A stretch of 64,000 bases of DNA from positions 256,001 through 320,000 of the forward strand of contig OY759726.1 in assembly GCA_963662625.1 (NCBI GenBank), in the 5' to 3' direction. Below the pieces are notes generated by a model. That model was not told where the DNA came from. It ran no database searches and saw only the letters and a program-made list of their open reading frames with translations. Position 1 is the first letter of the stretch, and the number at the start of each line of letters is the position of its first letter. The translations under genes and the position numbers were made by a program. Shown here piece by piece: positions 40,261 to 49,325 of the stretch. The DNA is from Nitrosopumilus sp. GTDB lineage: Archaea > Thermoproteota > Nitrososphaeria > Nitrososphaerales > Nitrosopumilaceae.

Positions 40261-40701
40261 AAGCCGGGAACGGCGGCGGGCAGTGGGGATGACCGCGCCC
40301 GCCGGCGCAGGTCACGGGCAGAGGCCCCCACCTCCCCGGCCGGCGTGGACGCGATCCCATTCCCGGAACCCATCCCCCGGACCAAGGCGTCCAGCAGGAG
40401 CCTGTCGTCCACCAGCGCCGGCTCCCGCGCCAGCGTCCCACTCCTCCTGGCCCGGACCGTGGCCACCGTCCCTCCCCGGGGATGCCGCCATGCAGGAGAA
40501 CTCGTAGGCGTTCCCACTACTGCGCGCCCCCCCACGCCGCGTCCAGGGCCCCGGCGCCAGACCGGAACGGCGAAATAGGCCCCGTGGCCAGGTTGGCCGC
40601 GGGGACGGGCGGCCGCACGCGCGGGCATTGCTGAAAATAAGAAAAAGATAGACCAGATTTAAGAAAACAGAGACTGAAGTCTTAAACTAAAAATTCCTTG
40701 C

Positions 40702-40893
40702 CTATTCTGATTTTTTGACTTTTTGGGCTGCTGGGCCTTTTCGTCCTTCGCCGACCTCGAACTCCACCTTATCGCCTTCGTTGATGAACCCGTCAACGTC
40801 TGACTTGTGGACGAACAGATCGTCGCCAGATTCCCTTTCGATAAAGCCAAAGCCCTTAGTCCGGTTGAACCACTTTACGGTACCTTGTTCCAT
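40702..40893 (-). CDS. cspA: Cold-shock protein
   Basis: GTVKWFN..KGFGFI, DLFVH (RNP1/RNP2). Confidence 0.95.
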   Translation of the reverse strand: MEQGTVKWFNRTKGFGFIERESGDDLFVHKSDVDGFINEGDKVEFEVGEGRKGPAAQKVKKSE

Positions 40894-40988
40894 TTGGTGT
40901 AATTGGGATTTACTCCGTATATTAAGATAAGCGGATCCTTGGCGGGCGGCGCAAAACGCCCTCCCGGGCCGAAATTCCGCTGAAATCC

Positions 40989-41300
40989 CTAGAAATCCTT
41001 GGGGATGTGGTTGTTATCCTTGAGCCACTCGACCTGGGGCAGCGTAAACCGCCAGACTATGTCCCCCCGCCCGGTCTCGTTAAAGTCCCACGGGGCGATT
41101 ATCACGATGTCGTTGTCGCGGATCCATACCCGGCGCTTCAGCTTTCCGCGGATCCGTCCCCTCCGGGTGATGCCGTCGTTGCATTTTATCATGACGTTCT
41201 CCCCACCCAGCATCTTCAGCACCCTGCCGAACAGTTCGCCCTCCTCGGGAAGGCGGATCTCCTTTAGCGCGCTCTCGCTTTTTACCTGGCGCTTGCCCAT
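40989..41300 (-). CDS. eif1a: Translation initiation factor aIF-1A
   Basis: [17 protein letters not shown]...GDIVWR. Confidence 0.95.
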   Translation of the reverse strand: MGKRQVKSESALKEIRLPEEGELFGRVLKMLGGENVMIKCNDGITRRGRIRGKLKRRVWIRDNDIVIIAPWDFNETGRGDIVWRFTLPQVEWLKDNNHIPKDF

Positions 41301-41351
41301 GGCGTATGTTGGATTCGTGGGCATATAACTGTGGGGTTTGCGGCCCGGGCC

Positions 41352-42688
41352 CAGTAGATCGAAATGTACCCCTGTGGGGCGTTGGCCAGCATGTATTGAC
41401 CTGGCACTGGAACGTTTTGGACAGAAAAACCAATGGATCAGGCGCCCCTGTCATCCGTCATGTACAACCAAAACGAACCGCAGGGGCACCGACTCAGGGT
41501 GGCCGGCAAGGCGTTTAAAATGTTGCCCGGGCTGCTGGAGAGGGCGGGCATCGGGTTCTCGGGCCGGCACAACGCCGTGTACGGCATGGCCGACTTCGTG
41601 CGCGTTCTGGTGTCCATGTGCAGGGACCGCGCGTGCGCGTCTGGCGCCACCGGGACGCTCGCCGTGCGCCACGGGCCCCGCCGCGTGCCGTCGTCGGCGT
41701 GGGTGCTCTCCAGGATACGGGGGGCGTGCCCCGAACCGGACGCCATGCGGGAGCGGTGCGCCGGCGCCCTCGCATCCACCGTGCGGGATGCCGGGCGGTC
41801 GAGGATCCTCAGGCGGATCCGCTGCGTCGTGGCCCTGGACTACCACCTGATACCCAGGTACGACAGGGATCCCGCGACCAGGGAGGAGCAGCTGGTGCGC
41901 GCGAGGCACAGGTCCGGGACGTCGCGCTTCGAGGGGTACGCCACCGCCCAGATGGTGGACGGGCCGGGGCTGAACCTGGCGTGCAGGCCCAAGGGGGGGA
42001 GCACGGGGGCCGGAATCGTGCGCGAGCTGCTGCGTGACTGCGCTGGCGTGGGCGTCCGCCCCAGGCTGGTCCTGCTGGACCGGGGATTCTTCTCGGCAGG
42101 GGTCGTCGGGGAGCTGTCCGGGTCGGGCCACAGGTTCATCATGCCCGCGTCGCGGACTGCCGGGATAAAGAGGGCCGTGGGGGAGCACGCCCGCGGGGAG
42201 AGGGCCGCGGTGTCCCCGCACGCCCTGACGCCCCAGGACAGGAAGGCCAGCGAGCCGTTCACCCTGGTGATAGTCCCGAAGAAGGAGGGCGAGGACGGGT
42301 GGGACTCGGGGGACGCGCAGGAGAGGTACCTGGCGTACGCCACCAACGCGGACGCCGGCAGGGCGGTGCGCGCCGCCGACGTCCCTGACGAGTACCGGAA
42401 GAGGTGGGGGATAGAGACCGGGTACAGGGACGCCGAGAAGGCCAGGCCCAGGACCACCAGCCCGGACGCCTCGGTCAGGACGTTCCTGTTCTTCATGGCG
42501 CTGGTGATGTACAACCTGTGGATGATGTCGGTGGAATGGTCCGCCGGGTGGTACGGGAGCCGCGACACCGCCTCGATCCGGCTGGCGGTCATGCTGGAGT
42601 GCATGGTGGGGATGGCTGCGGGCGGGACGGATGGCTGCCGGGCGTGGCCCAACCAGTCGTCTGGCGGCTAGTACATTTCGATCTACTG
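41352..42688 (+). mobile_element. Intact ISH3-family insertion sequence, copy 2
   Basis: Same IRs and length (1337 bp) and identical transposase to copy 1; 4-bp flanking duplication GGCC. Confidence 0.93.
41433..42671 (+). CDS. DDE transposase
   Basis: Protein identical to 32443-33681. Confidence 0.92.
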   Translation: MDQAPLSSVMYNQNEPQGHRLRVAGKAFKMLPGLLERAGIGFSGRHNAVYGMADFVRVLVSMCRDRACASGATGTLAVRHGPRRVPSSAWVLSRIRGACPEPDAMRERCAGALASTVRDAGRSRILRRIRCVVALDYHLIPRYDRDPATREEQLVRARHRSGTSRFEGYATAQMVDGPGLNLACRPKGGSTGAGIVRELLRDCAGVGVRPRLVLLDRGFFSAGVVGELSGSGHRFIMPASRTAGIKRAVGEHARGERAAVSPHALTPQDRKASEPFTLVIVPKKEGEDGWDSGDAQERYLAYATNADAGRAVRAADVPDEYRKRWGIETGYRDAEKARPRTTSPDASVRTFLFFMALVMYNLWMMSVEWSAGWYGSRDTASIRLAVMLECMVGMAAGGTDGCRAWPNQSSGG

Positions 42689-42705
42689 GGCCCGGCATGG
42701 AAAAG

Positions 42706-43002
42706 TCAGGACTGGTTCCACGAGGGGTATCCGCCCTCCAGGGTCACCGCGTCAAAGCCCTCCTTGTCAAGCTCGTCTGCCGCAATGTTCCCCCTGTAAC
42801 CGGTGCCGCAGTAGGTGCAGATCTTCCTGCCCCTCAGATCCTCGATCTGCTTCTTCTTCGCGTTCCTGATGGCCAGCCCAAGCGGCATGTGCACGGAACC
42901 GCCGATATTCCCGCCCTCCAACTCGTCGGCCTCTCTGACGTCGATCACGACAAACTCGTCACGCCTTGCCTTGAGATCTCCTGGTGTGATTTTTTCTGCC
43001 AT
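42706..43002 (-). CDS. Rhodanese-like domain protein
   Basis: IDVRE..E, YCGTGYRG, LEGGY..W. Confidence 0.9.
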   Translation of the reverse strand: MAEKITPGDLKARRDEFVVIDVREADELEGGNIGGSVHMPLGLAIRNAKKKQIEDLRGRKICTYCGTGYRGNIAADELDKEGFDAVTLEGGYPSWNQS

Positions 43003-43040
43003 GCACTTGGTGCGGGCGCATCCAATTTAACTCAGCTGGA

Positions 43041-43745
43041 TCACCCAAAGCTTGCCGAGCCGAGCCCCTCGCGCATGGTGCGCGACGACTCCATGTTGTA
43101 GTCGTAGATTATCCCGGAGTACTCCTCCAGCTCCTCGCTCATGTCCCGGACGTCGTCTGCCAGGTAAAACCCGGGGCAGTCGCCCGTCAACTGGTACGAC
43201 GCGTGGACGCGGGCAGTGCCCCCCTCGTTTTCGAGCCACGTCAAAAACGGGTAGAGGTAGCACACCCCGGGCCTGCCAGGATGCATGCTGCACCCGCCCT
43301 TCTCGTCTAGGAACCTGCAGGAGACGTGCGTCCCGTCGTCTGCCTCGGTCTCGCCCTCCCTTCTCTTGAGGTTGATCGTGGTCATCGTGGCCACGCGCCC
43401 GTCGGGGGACGCCTCCTGCCACGTGGCCGTGACGGTCTCGTTTCTCACAAAGTCTGACGTCTTTTGGTATTTCATGCCCTTTCCTATGGTGATCAGGTCG
43501 TCCGACGTCAGGGGCAGCCTGCCCTGCCTGTCGCAGCAGTTGTGGCAGTCGGGCCAGTAGCACTTCCACAACACGTATTTTTTCAGCTCCGTCAGGTACG
43601 GCACGTGGAACACCACGCTGCCCACCCTGAGCGCGCGGTCGCGTACCGCGGAAATCCTGCCGAGCACAAAGTCCTGCAACACGGGATCAACGTCCCAGTC
43701 CTTTTTGAGCAGATCGAGCGATTCCTGGATTTCTCTTTGTGACAA
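43041..43745 (-). CDS. YkgJ-family cysteine-cluster protein
   Basis: CxxxxCxxCC and CRFL...CSMH..RP.VC..YPF. Confidence 0.85.
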   Translation of the reverse strand: MSQREIQESLDLLKKDWDVDPVLQDFVLGRISAVRDRALRVGSVVFHVPYLTELKKYVLWKCYWPDCHNCCDRQGRLPLTSDDLITIGKGMKYQKTSDFVRNETVTATWQEASPDGRVATMTTINLKRREGETEADDGTHVSCRFLDEKGGCSMHPGRPGVCYLYPFLTWLENEGGTARVHASYQLTGDCPGFYLADDVRDMSEELEEYSGIIYDYNMESSRTMREGLGSASFG

Positions 43746-43780
43746 CTATTAAGTTATACCCTCAGCGCGTGATGTTATTA

Positions 43781-44101
43781 ATGTTGAGCGGGAAGGGCAA
43801 GTACGCATCGGCCACTGAAAACAGGAGGCTCGTCTGGGCCCAAATAGTATGGCCGCTGATCCTGGAGTTGGGCGACGTGGCCTTTTCGCTAAAGCAGTAC
43901 CAGGCAAAGCGCGACCAGGCGTGCCGCGCAAACAAGGTTGGCGTCCAGGCGGCCTCGCGCGGGCTGGCGTCGCTGATCCAGAAGGGGATCCTGCTCAAGG
44001 AAGGCGGGTCATACTCCATCCACTACAGGCTGATACCGTACATGAGGCTGGGGGCTGCCTGTGACTATGCCACCGCGATCCACGAGGCCAGAATGAAATG
44101 A
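43781..44101 (+). CDS. Hypothetical protein, possible winged helix
   Basis: ASRGLASLIQKGIL.K helix-wing-like segment. Confidence 0.65.
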   Translation: MLSGKGKYASATENRRLVWAQIVWPLILELGDVAFSLKQYQAKRDQACRANKVGVQAASRGLASLIQKGILLKEGGSYSIHYRLIPYMRLGAACDYATAIHEARMK

Positions 44102-44133
44102 TTATATTCCAAGACAACGTGACTATCCTTGGT

Positions 44134-44239
44134 AGCCCGATAGTCTAGCGGTCAAATAATAATTTTAGATTAGGGATTCCGCGCTCTGGATCTTAGGAGT
44201 GGATACGCGGTGACGGCAGTTCGAATCTGCCTCGGGCTA
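44134..44239 (+). tRNA. tRNA-Gln(CTG) with two introns (D loop about 44156-44173; canonical about 44190-44204)
   Basis: Acceptor AGCCCGA/TCGGGCT; anticodon stem CCGCG/CGCGG with CT-CTG-G; T arm GGCAGTTCGAATCTGCC; removing both inserts gives a normal cloverleaf. Confidence 0.85.
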
Positions 44240-44395
44240 CTTATCACCACTTTTGGCGGCGCGATGCCTCGCAGAAACCCCGCGGGCGCGCGGTCCGGCG
44301 TCCCCGGCGCGGAGCCGGCGCCCGAGACTCGGGGCCCAGCGCCCCCGCCGCGCCCCCCGTACCGGGCCCGCCTTCCGGGCGGGCTGCGGGCGGGC

Positions 44396-44956
44396 CTAGG
44401 ATGGGCGACTCTCCGGCAACCTGTCGAGGATCTGCTTTAGCATCCTCGCTGACGCCCCCCAGATCAGGTGCTCTCCGAAGGTGAACGTGTACGACTCCTG
44501 GATGGCGTTGTGCTCCGGGTCTGGATCGTCCCGAAGCGTCCCAAGCAGGGGCAGGGCTGGCATGTGCAGGACCTGCTCCACCTCGCGGTTGCACGTCAGC
44601 TCCGGCAGAAACTCCAGCACGCCCACAAAGGGAATTATGGTAAAGTTGGAGTTCAGCGTGGTCACAGGCTTTAGCTGGCCGATGACCCTGGCCCGGGGGA
44701 CGTCCAGGCCGATCTCCTCCACCGTCTCCCGCAGGGCGGTGCAAAGCAGGTCGGCATCCCGCCCTTCCGCCTTTCCCCCCGGGAACGCGATCTCGCCCGC
44801 GTGTATCTTCAGATGGGACGCCTTTTTTGTCATCAGGATCTTCGGGGGGCTGCCGTAAACTATGATCAGGACCGACGAGAGCCTCGACGTGCCAGCCCCC
44901 GAGACGCCAAGATCGAGCTCCGACTTGAGGGCAGCCTCAAAGTCGCCCAAATCCAT
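44396..44956 (-). CDS. NUDIX CoA pyrophosphatase
   Basis: HAGEIAFPGG...ALRETVEEIG, IWGASA. Confidence 0.88.
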   Translation of the reverse strand: MDLGDFEAALKSELDLGVSGAGTSRLSSVLIIVYGSPPKILMTKKASHLKIHAGEIAFPGGKAEGRDADLLCTALRETVEEIGLDVPRARVIGQLKPVTTLNSNFTIIPFVGVLEFLPELTCNREVEQVLHMPALPLLGTLRDDPDPEHNAIQESYTFTFGEHLIWGASARMLKQILDRLPESRPS

Positions 44957-45031
44957 GACACCCGATTCCCCGCCATTCCATATTGGTCTTGCCATTCAAA
45001 GGTTTTAATCATGACCCCGAAAAATCACAAC

Positions 45032-45790
45032 ATGGCAGTCAGGTACGAGGCAAACCCGCCCAAGATCGTCCCGGGCATGGACATGGAGGCCGCCGTCTCG
45101 GAATTTGTCGAGAAAATCAGGCTGATCTCCGCAAGCTGTGACGCGGTACACCTGACCGAAGACGTCCTGGGCTTTAAGAGGATGTCCCCGATCAGGGTCG
45201 GCAGGGTGATAAGGGACGAGATCCCCTCCATGCCGATCACGGCAAGCATGAGGGTCAGGGACAAGACGGAGCGCCAGATACAGGGGTTCGTCGAGGAGTG
45301 CATCGGAGCCGGGTTCTCCGGGATCCTGATCCTCATGGGGGATCCCCCCCAAGACGGCAGGCCGGACTCTGGCGAGGTACCGAGCAGGGTCGTGAAGGAT
45401 CTCCGCAGCCAGGGAATTGACTCGAAGATCGACCTGTACCTGTCGGTGCCAAGTGACCCAGATTTCTCAAAGCTCGGCAAGAAGGTGGACGCGAACCCGA
45501 GGGGGTTCGTCACCCAGGTGATCCAGTCGCCGGGTCAGGTCCAAAACCTGCGTGACAACCTGCCGGGGTTTGCGGTGATACCGATCATCCTGTTCCCGTC
45601 GCGGAAGAACTCCAAGTCCGCAAAATTCCTGGACATCGACCTTGCCATGTACGAAAAAAACTTTGCGCAGTTTGCAAGCGACGCGCACGCCATAACCGGG
45701 GACGTCCTGTTCACGTCACCGAACGATTTCCATGGCCTGGAGGGGTTCCTGCGGGATAGCGCGGGCACGGTGGCCGGCAAAGGCCCCTGA
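45032..45790 (+). CDS. Methylenetetrahydrofolate reductase-like protein
   Basis: YEANPPK, MRVRD, ILILMGDP, GFVTQ. Confidence 0.65.
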   Translation: MAVRYEANPPKIVPGMDMEAAVSEFVEKIRLISASCDAVHLTEDVLGFKRMSPIRVGRVIRDEIPSMPITASMRVRDKTERQIQGFVEECIGAGFSGILILMGDPPQDGRPDSGEVPSRVVKDLRSQGIDSKIDLYLSVPSDPDFSKLGKKVDANPRGFVTQVIQSPGQVQNLRDNLPGFAVIPIILFPSRKNSKSAKFLDIDLAMYEKNFAQFASDAHAITGDVLFTSPNDFHGLEGFLRDSAGTVAGKGP

Positions 45791-46122
45791 GGAGTCCGCG
45801 ACTGCCCGTCACAGCCACGGCATCCGCGGGCGGCCCCCGGCGCCGCGCAGGCCTCCCGCCATCTCGGCCGTTTCCTGAGCGCCTGCGATCAGTGCCTTGG
45901 GTTACTTTCCCGGCGCGCCTGCAGTCAAAATGGCTGGCGGATCCGGATGGTGCCATGGTGACGCTGCCGCCTCCCTGGGTGGCCATGCAGTTTGCGAGGG
46001 AACTCGCTGCACGGGACCGCATCGGGGCGGCATCAAATGTTCCAGAACATCGCCCCGCTACCGCGCGATAGAGCCGGGCCACAGCACATGATTTAAAAAA
46101 GGCTTCCCGTGTCCGAAGAACC

Positions 46123-46281
46123 ATGGCCGCGCGCAAGTCGTCTCCTAGGAAAATCCGCCTGTTAAAAAAGACCAAGCAGACGTCGCCGGTGCCGGCCTGG
46201 GTTATTCTAAGAACAAACAGGCACGTTAGAACCAACCCGAAACGCAGGGCTTGGAGATCGGCCGACTCGGAGGTGGGGTAG
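46123..46281 (+). CDS. rpl39e: 50S ribosomal protein L39e
   Basis: Manual translation MAARKSSPRKIRLLKKTKQTSPVPAWVILRTNRHVRTNPKRRAWR. Confidence 0.93.
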   Translation: MAARKSSPRKIRLLKKTKQTSPVPAWVILRTNRHVRTNPKRRAWRSADSEVG

Positions 46282-47010
46282 ATGTCCCAAGACTCCGAAC
46301 GGGTTTATACCATAAACCTTGGCAAAGTGCTGCTGTCCCAAAGCCAACATAGGGCGGTCCGAGCGGTCAACATGATCAAGGAATTCGCCCGCCATCACAT
46401 GAAGGCCGAGGAAATCAAGATTGAAGAGGAACTGGCCCACCAGATATGGGCAAGAGGCGTGCGCCGCCCCCCAAGAAAGATCCGGGTCTTGATGAACAAA
46501 ACCGATGAGGGCTATGTCTTGGTTTCGCCATACAATGACGAATTTGACACTAGTGCTGCTCCGGACCAGGAAGGACCCAAGACTGACGGGGCCACCGCAC
46601 CGGCAGCAGTAGAGGACGCCGCGGAGCCCAAGGCGGAGGACGCCGCGGAGCCCAAGGCGGAGGACGCCGCGGAGCCCAAGGCGGAGGACGCCGCGGAGCC
46701 CAAGGCGGAGGACGCCGCGGAGCCCAAGGCGGAGGACGCCGCGGAGCCCAAGGCGGAGGACGCCGCGGAGCCCAAGGCGGAGGACGCCGCGGAGCCCAAG
46801 GCGGAGGACGCCGCGGAGCCCAAGGCGGAGGACGCCGCGGAGCCCAAGGCGGAGGACGCCGCGGAGCCCAAGGCGGAGGACGCCGCGGAGCCCAAGGCGG
46901 AGGACGCCGCGGAGCCCAAGGCGGAGGACGCCGCGGAGCCCAAGGCGGAGGACGCCGCGGAGCCCAAGGCGGAGGACGCCGCGGAGCCGGCTAAAGAATC
47001 AAAAGGCTAG
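46282..47010 (+). CDS. rpl31e: 50S ribosomal protein L31e with long acidic repeat tail
   Basis: ERVYTINL, RAVRAV..IKEF..HHMK, IWARG...PPRKIRV. Confidence 0.92.
   Translation: MSQDSERVYTINLGKVLLSQSQHRAVRAVNMIKEFARHHMKAEEIKIEEELAHQIWARGVRRPPRKIRVLMNKTDEGYVLVSPYNDEFDTSAAPDQEGPKTDGATAPAAVEDAAEPKAEDAAEPKAEDAAEPKAEDAAEPKAEDAAEPKAEDAAEPKAEDAAEPKAEDAAEPKAEDAAEPKAEDAAEPKAEDAAEPKAEDAAEPKAEDAAEPKAEDAAEPKAEDAAEPKAEDAAEPAKESKG
46612..46988 (+). repeat. Perfect 24-bp minisatellite, about 15.7 copies (AEDAAEPK)
   Basis: Unit gcggagcccaaggcggaggacgcc repeated with no visible mismatch. Confidence 0.95.
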
Positions 47011-47029
47011 GTTTTGTAAACCAGAGGGC

Positions 47030-47980
47030 TCACTCTAGCTGGTACAGGTCCAGCTTGCAGTCGATGCTGATTTCTGGCTCGGCCCAGTCCAAGGTGTTTT
47101 CTTGCGGTATCGAGCCAAGAGGATCATAGCCGTCGAATTTTGTCATGCCCTGCACCGTGGAGAGCATCACGACGTGCGGCTTTTCCGAGGACGTGGACTC
47201 GAGGCTCACCTGCGAGTCCCCTTCCCCTAAAACCCCGACGGTGATGCTGGCGATTGTGTTTAGGATCCCGGTCGGAATGTCGTCTCCTCCCGCGATGTAC
47301 AGGATCGAGCGTTTGACGGAGCCCGGGGGGGCGTCGTCATACAGCATCTTTATGGAGTCCCTGAGGGACTCCTCGACGTCCGCATTCCCGGTGCCGGTAG
47401 TGAGGATGCCAGTCTCCGGATCCATGTCGGACGCCTGCAGCGAGCCCGCCACGTGCAATATTGCCCTGTTCGCGATGTCAAAGCAGGAGCTGGGGCTCAG
47501 GCTCGGGTTGCTTTCCAGGAGGGCGTCGTTGTCCAGGACTATGGTGCACCCGGAGTTTTCCCTCAGGCGCTTCAGCGCTATGCCGGAATTGAAGATTCTG
47601 TCCTTCTCGTACCCGAATGGCATGATCGCAAACGACACCGTCTCTTTTCCTGCCTCCCTGCAGATCTCAGAGACGGCCGGTGCCAGAGCCGCGCCCGCCC
47701 TGCCGGCAAGGCTTGCCATGAGGACGACCGTGGAATAACCCGCGATCCCGGCTCTTATCTCGTCACGCGACCCGTAAGACGAGCCCCTGATCAGCCGGAC
47801 TGACGGGTTTACCACCGGGGCGGTGGACACCTCGATTGAGTTGCCCGCCCGCAGGTCCCTCCTGTCGTTGCTAACCACGAGCACGTCGGCGCCAAGCCGG
47901 TCTCCTGCCTGGGCTGCCAGCCTTGACCCGGCGCCGCCCAGGCCCACAACTAAGATCGGTTCTTTTACCTGAAAACCCAT
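47030..47980 (-). CDS. ftsZ: Divergent FtsZ/tubulin-family protein
   Basis: VVGLGGAG, degenerate signature SLAGRAGA, PFGYE, LDND; typical of the thaumarchaeal divergent FtsZ. Confidence 0.8.
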   Translation of the reverse strand: MGFQVKEPILVVGLGGAGSRLAAQAGDRLGADVLVVSNDRRDLRAGNSIEVSTAPVVNPSVRLIRGSSYGSRDEIRAGIAGYSTVVLMASLAGRAGAALAPAVSEICREAGKETVSFAIMPFGYEKDRIFNSGIALKRLRENSGCTIVLDNDALLESNPSLSPSSCFDIANRAILHVAGSLQASDMDPETGILTTGTGNADVEESLRDSIKMLYDDAPPGSVKRSILYIAGGDDIPTGILNTIASITVGVLGEGDSQVSLESTSSEKPHVVMLSTVQGMTKFDGYDPLGSIPQENTLDWAEPEISIDCKLDLYQLE

Positions 47981-48053
47981 TTTAGTACATATTATATCAT
48001 TTGGATAAAAAACCTTCTTACGTAGTTTTAATCAAATCCCCGATCTAAAAAAT

Positions 48054-49322
48054 TTAGCTTGCGATCTGCCCGATCAGGCAGTTGGGGGTAACCCGATCGA
48101 TCCGGACGGTGCGGGTCTGGCCTATCCCGGCGCGGCCCCCGGCGAACACGGGCTTGTATGCGAAATTCCTCCCCTTCAGGCCGCCGTCCGTCCTTTCGCT
48201 GAACAGGACCTCTCCCTCCCATCCGATCCACCTGCGGTTGTTCTCAAGCGAGACCCGGTTGACCAGGTCGAACACTGCCTTGGCCCTCCTCTTGGTCTCC
48301 GCGGCGCCCACCTGCTCCATCCCTGCGGCCTCGGTCCCCGGCCTCGCGCTGTACTTCGAGAGGTTGACCACGTCGGGCCTGACGTCCTCGATCAGGCCTA
48401 GCGTCCTCTCAAAGTCCTCGGCGGTCTCCGAGGGAAAACCCACTATGATGTCGGTGGATACCGTAAAGTCCCCGAACCTCCGCCTTGCACTCCCGACCGT
48501 CTCCCGGAACGTTCCCGCCGTGTGGCCCCTCTTCATGTCGTGCAGGACCCTGTCACTCCCGCTCTGCACTGGGACGTGGAGGAACTTGTAGACCTTGCGG
48601 CTGTCGTACGCCTCAAGCAGCCTCTCCCTCATCCTCGGCATGTACATGGGGTTCATCATGCCCACCCTGATCCTAAAGTCACGCGGGATCCCGGACACGG
48701 CGCTTACCAGTTCCGGGAGGTCGGATCCGATGTCCAGCCCGTAGCACCCGTTGTCCGTGGACGTGAGCCAGACCTCCTTGCAGCCGTCGTCGACCTCCGC
48801 GCTCACCTGCCTTACGATGTCGCCCACCCTGTAGCTGCGGAGGCCACCCTTTGCGAGCTTCGTCTGGCAGAAGGTGCACTCGCTCAGGCAACCGCTGGCG
48901 ATCTCAACGATCCCGACTGCCGGGTTCAGCCTGACCTTCGGCAGGCCAGTCTTCGTGGCGTCGGTGTCCTCCAGCGCCGTGGCCTTGACGCCGCCCAGCG
49001 CGGAGTCTACCACCTGCAGCGTCTTGCCCAGCGAGTTGGGCCCCATCATGCTGGCGTTCCCGGCAAACTTTTCCACCGTGCCGCGCTCTGCCTTTGGAAG
49101 GCAGCCCGCCACGACGAGGGGCCTCGACCTTAGCGATTTTATCCTGTGAATCATCCTGTTCGCAGTAGCGTCCTTCACCGAACACGTGACGATCACGTTC
49201 AAGTCGGACTCCGAGGGGCTGTCCACGAGGGTATGCCCCCCGTTGGAGATCAGCCCCGAGATCATCTCAGAGTCCGCAAAGCTTGCAGAGCACCCGTAGG
49301 CCTCCACGAAGATCCTTGCCAT
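48054..49322 (-). CDS. tRNA methylthiotransferase, MiaB-like/MtaB radical SAM
   Basis: YGCS, TCSVK, GCLSECTFC, PVQSGSD, C-terminal TRAM. Confidence 0.9.
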   Translation of the reverse strand: MARIFVEAYGCSASFADSEMISGLISNGGHTLVDSPSESDLNVIVTCSVKDATANRMIHRIKSLRSRPLVVAGCLPKAERGTVEKFAGNASMMGPNSLGKTLQVVDSALGGVKATALEDTDATKTGLPKVRLNPAVGIVEIASGCLSECTFCQTKLAKGGLRSYRVGDIVRQVSAEVDDGCKEVWLTSTDNGCYGLDIGSDLPELVSAVSGIPRDFRIRVGMMNPMYMPRMRERLLEAYDSRKVYKFLHVPVQSGSDRVLHDMKRGHTAGTFRETVGSARRRFGDFTVSTDIIVGFPSETAEDFERTLGLIEDVRPDVVNLSKYSARPGTEAAGMEQVGAAETKRRAKAVFDLVNRVSLENNRRWIGWEGEVLFSERTDGGLKGRNFAYKPVFAGGRAGIGQTRTVRIDRVTPNCLIGQIAS

Positions 49323-49325
49323 GCC

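Noticed and set aside
40283-40522. ctactg-type IS end near 40522 (and near 38653)
   Set aside because: No partner inverted repeat or transposase motif identified
45791-46100. Structured RNA (SRP RNA or RNase P) upstream of rpl39e
   Set aside because: Conserved SRP helix-8 and RNase P P4 motifs not found
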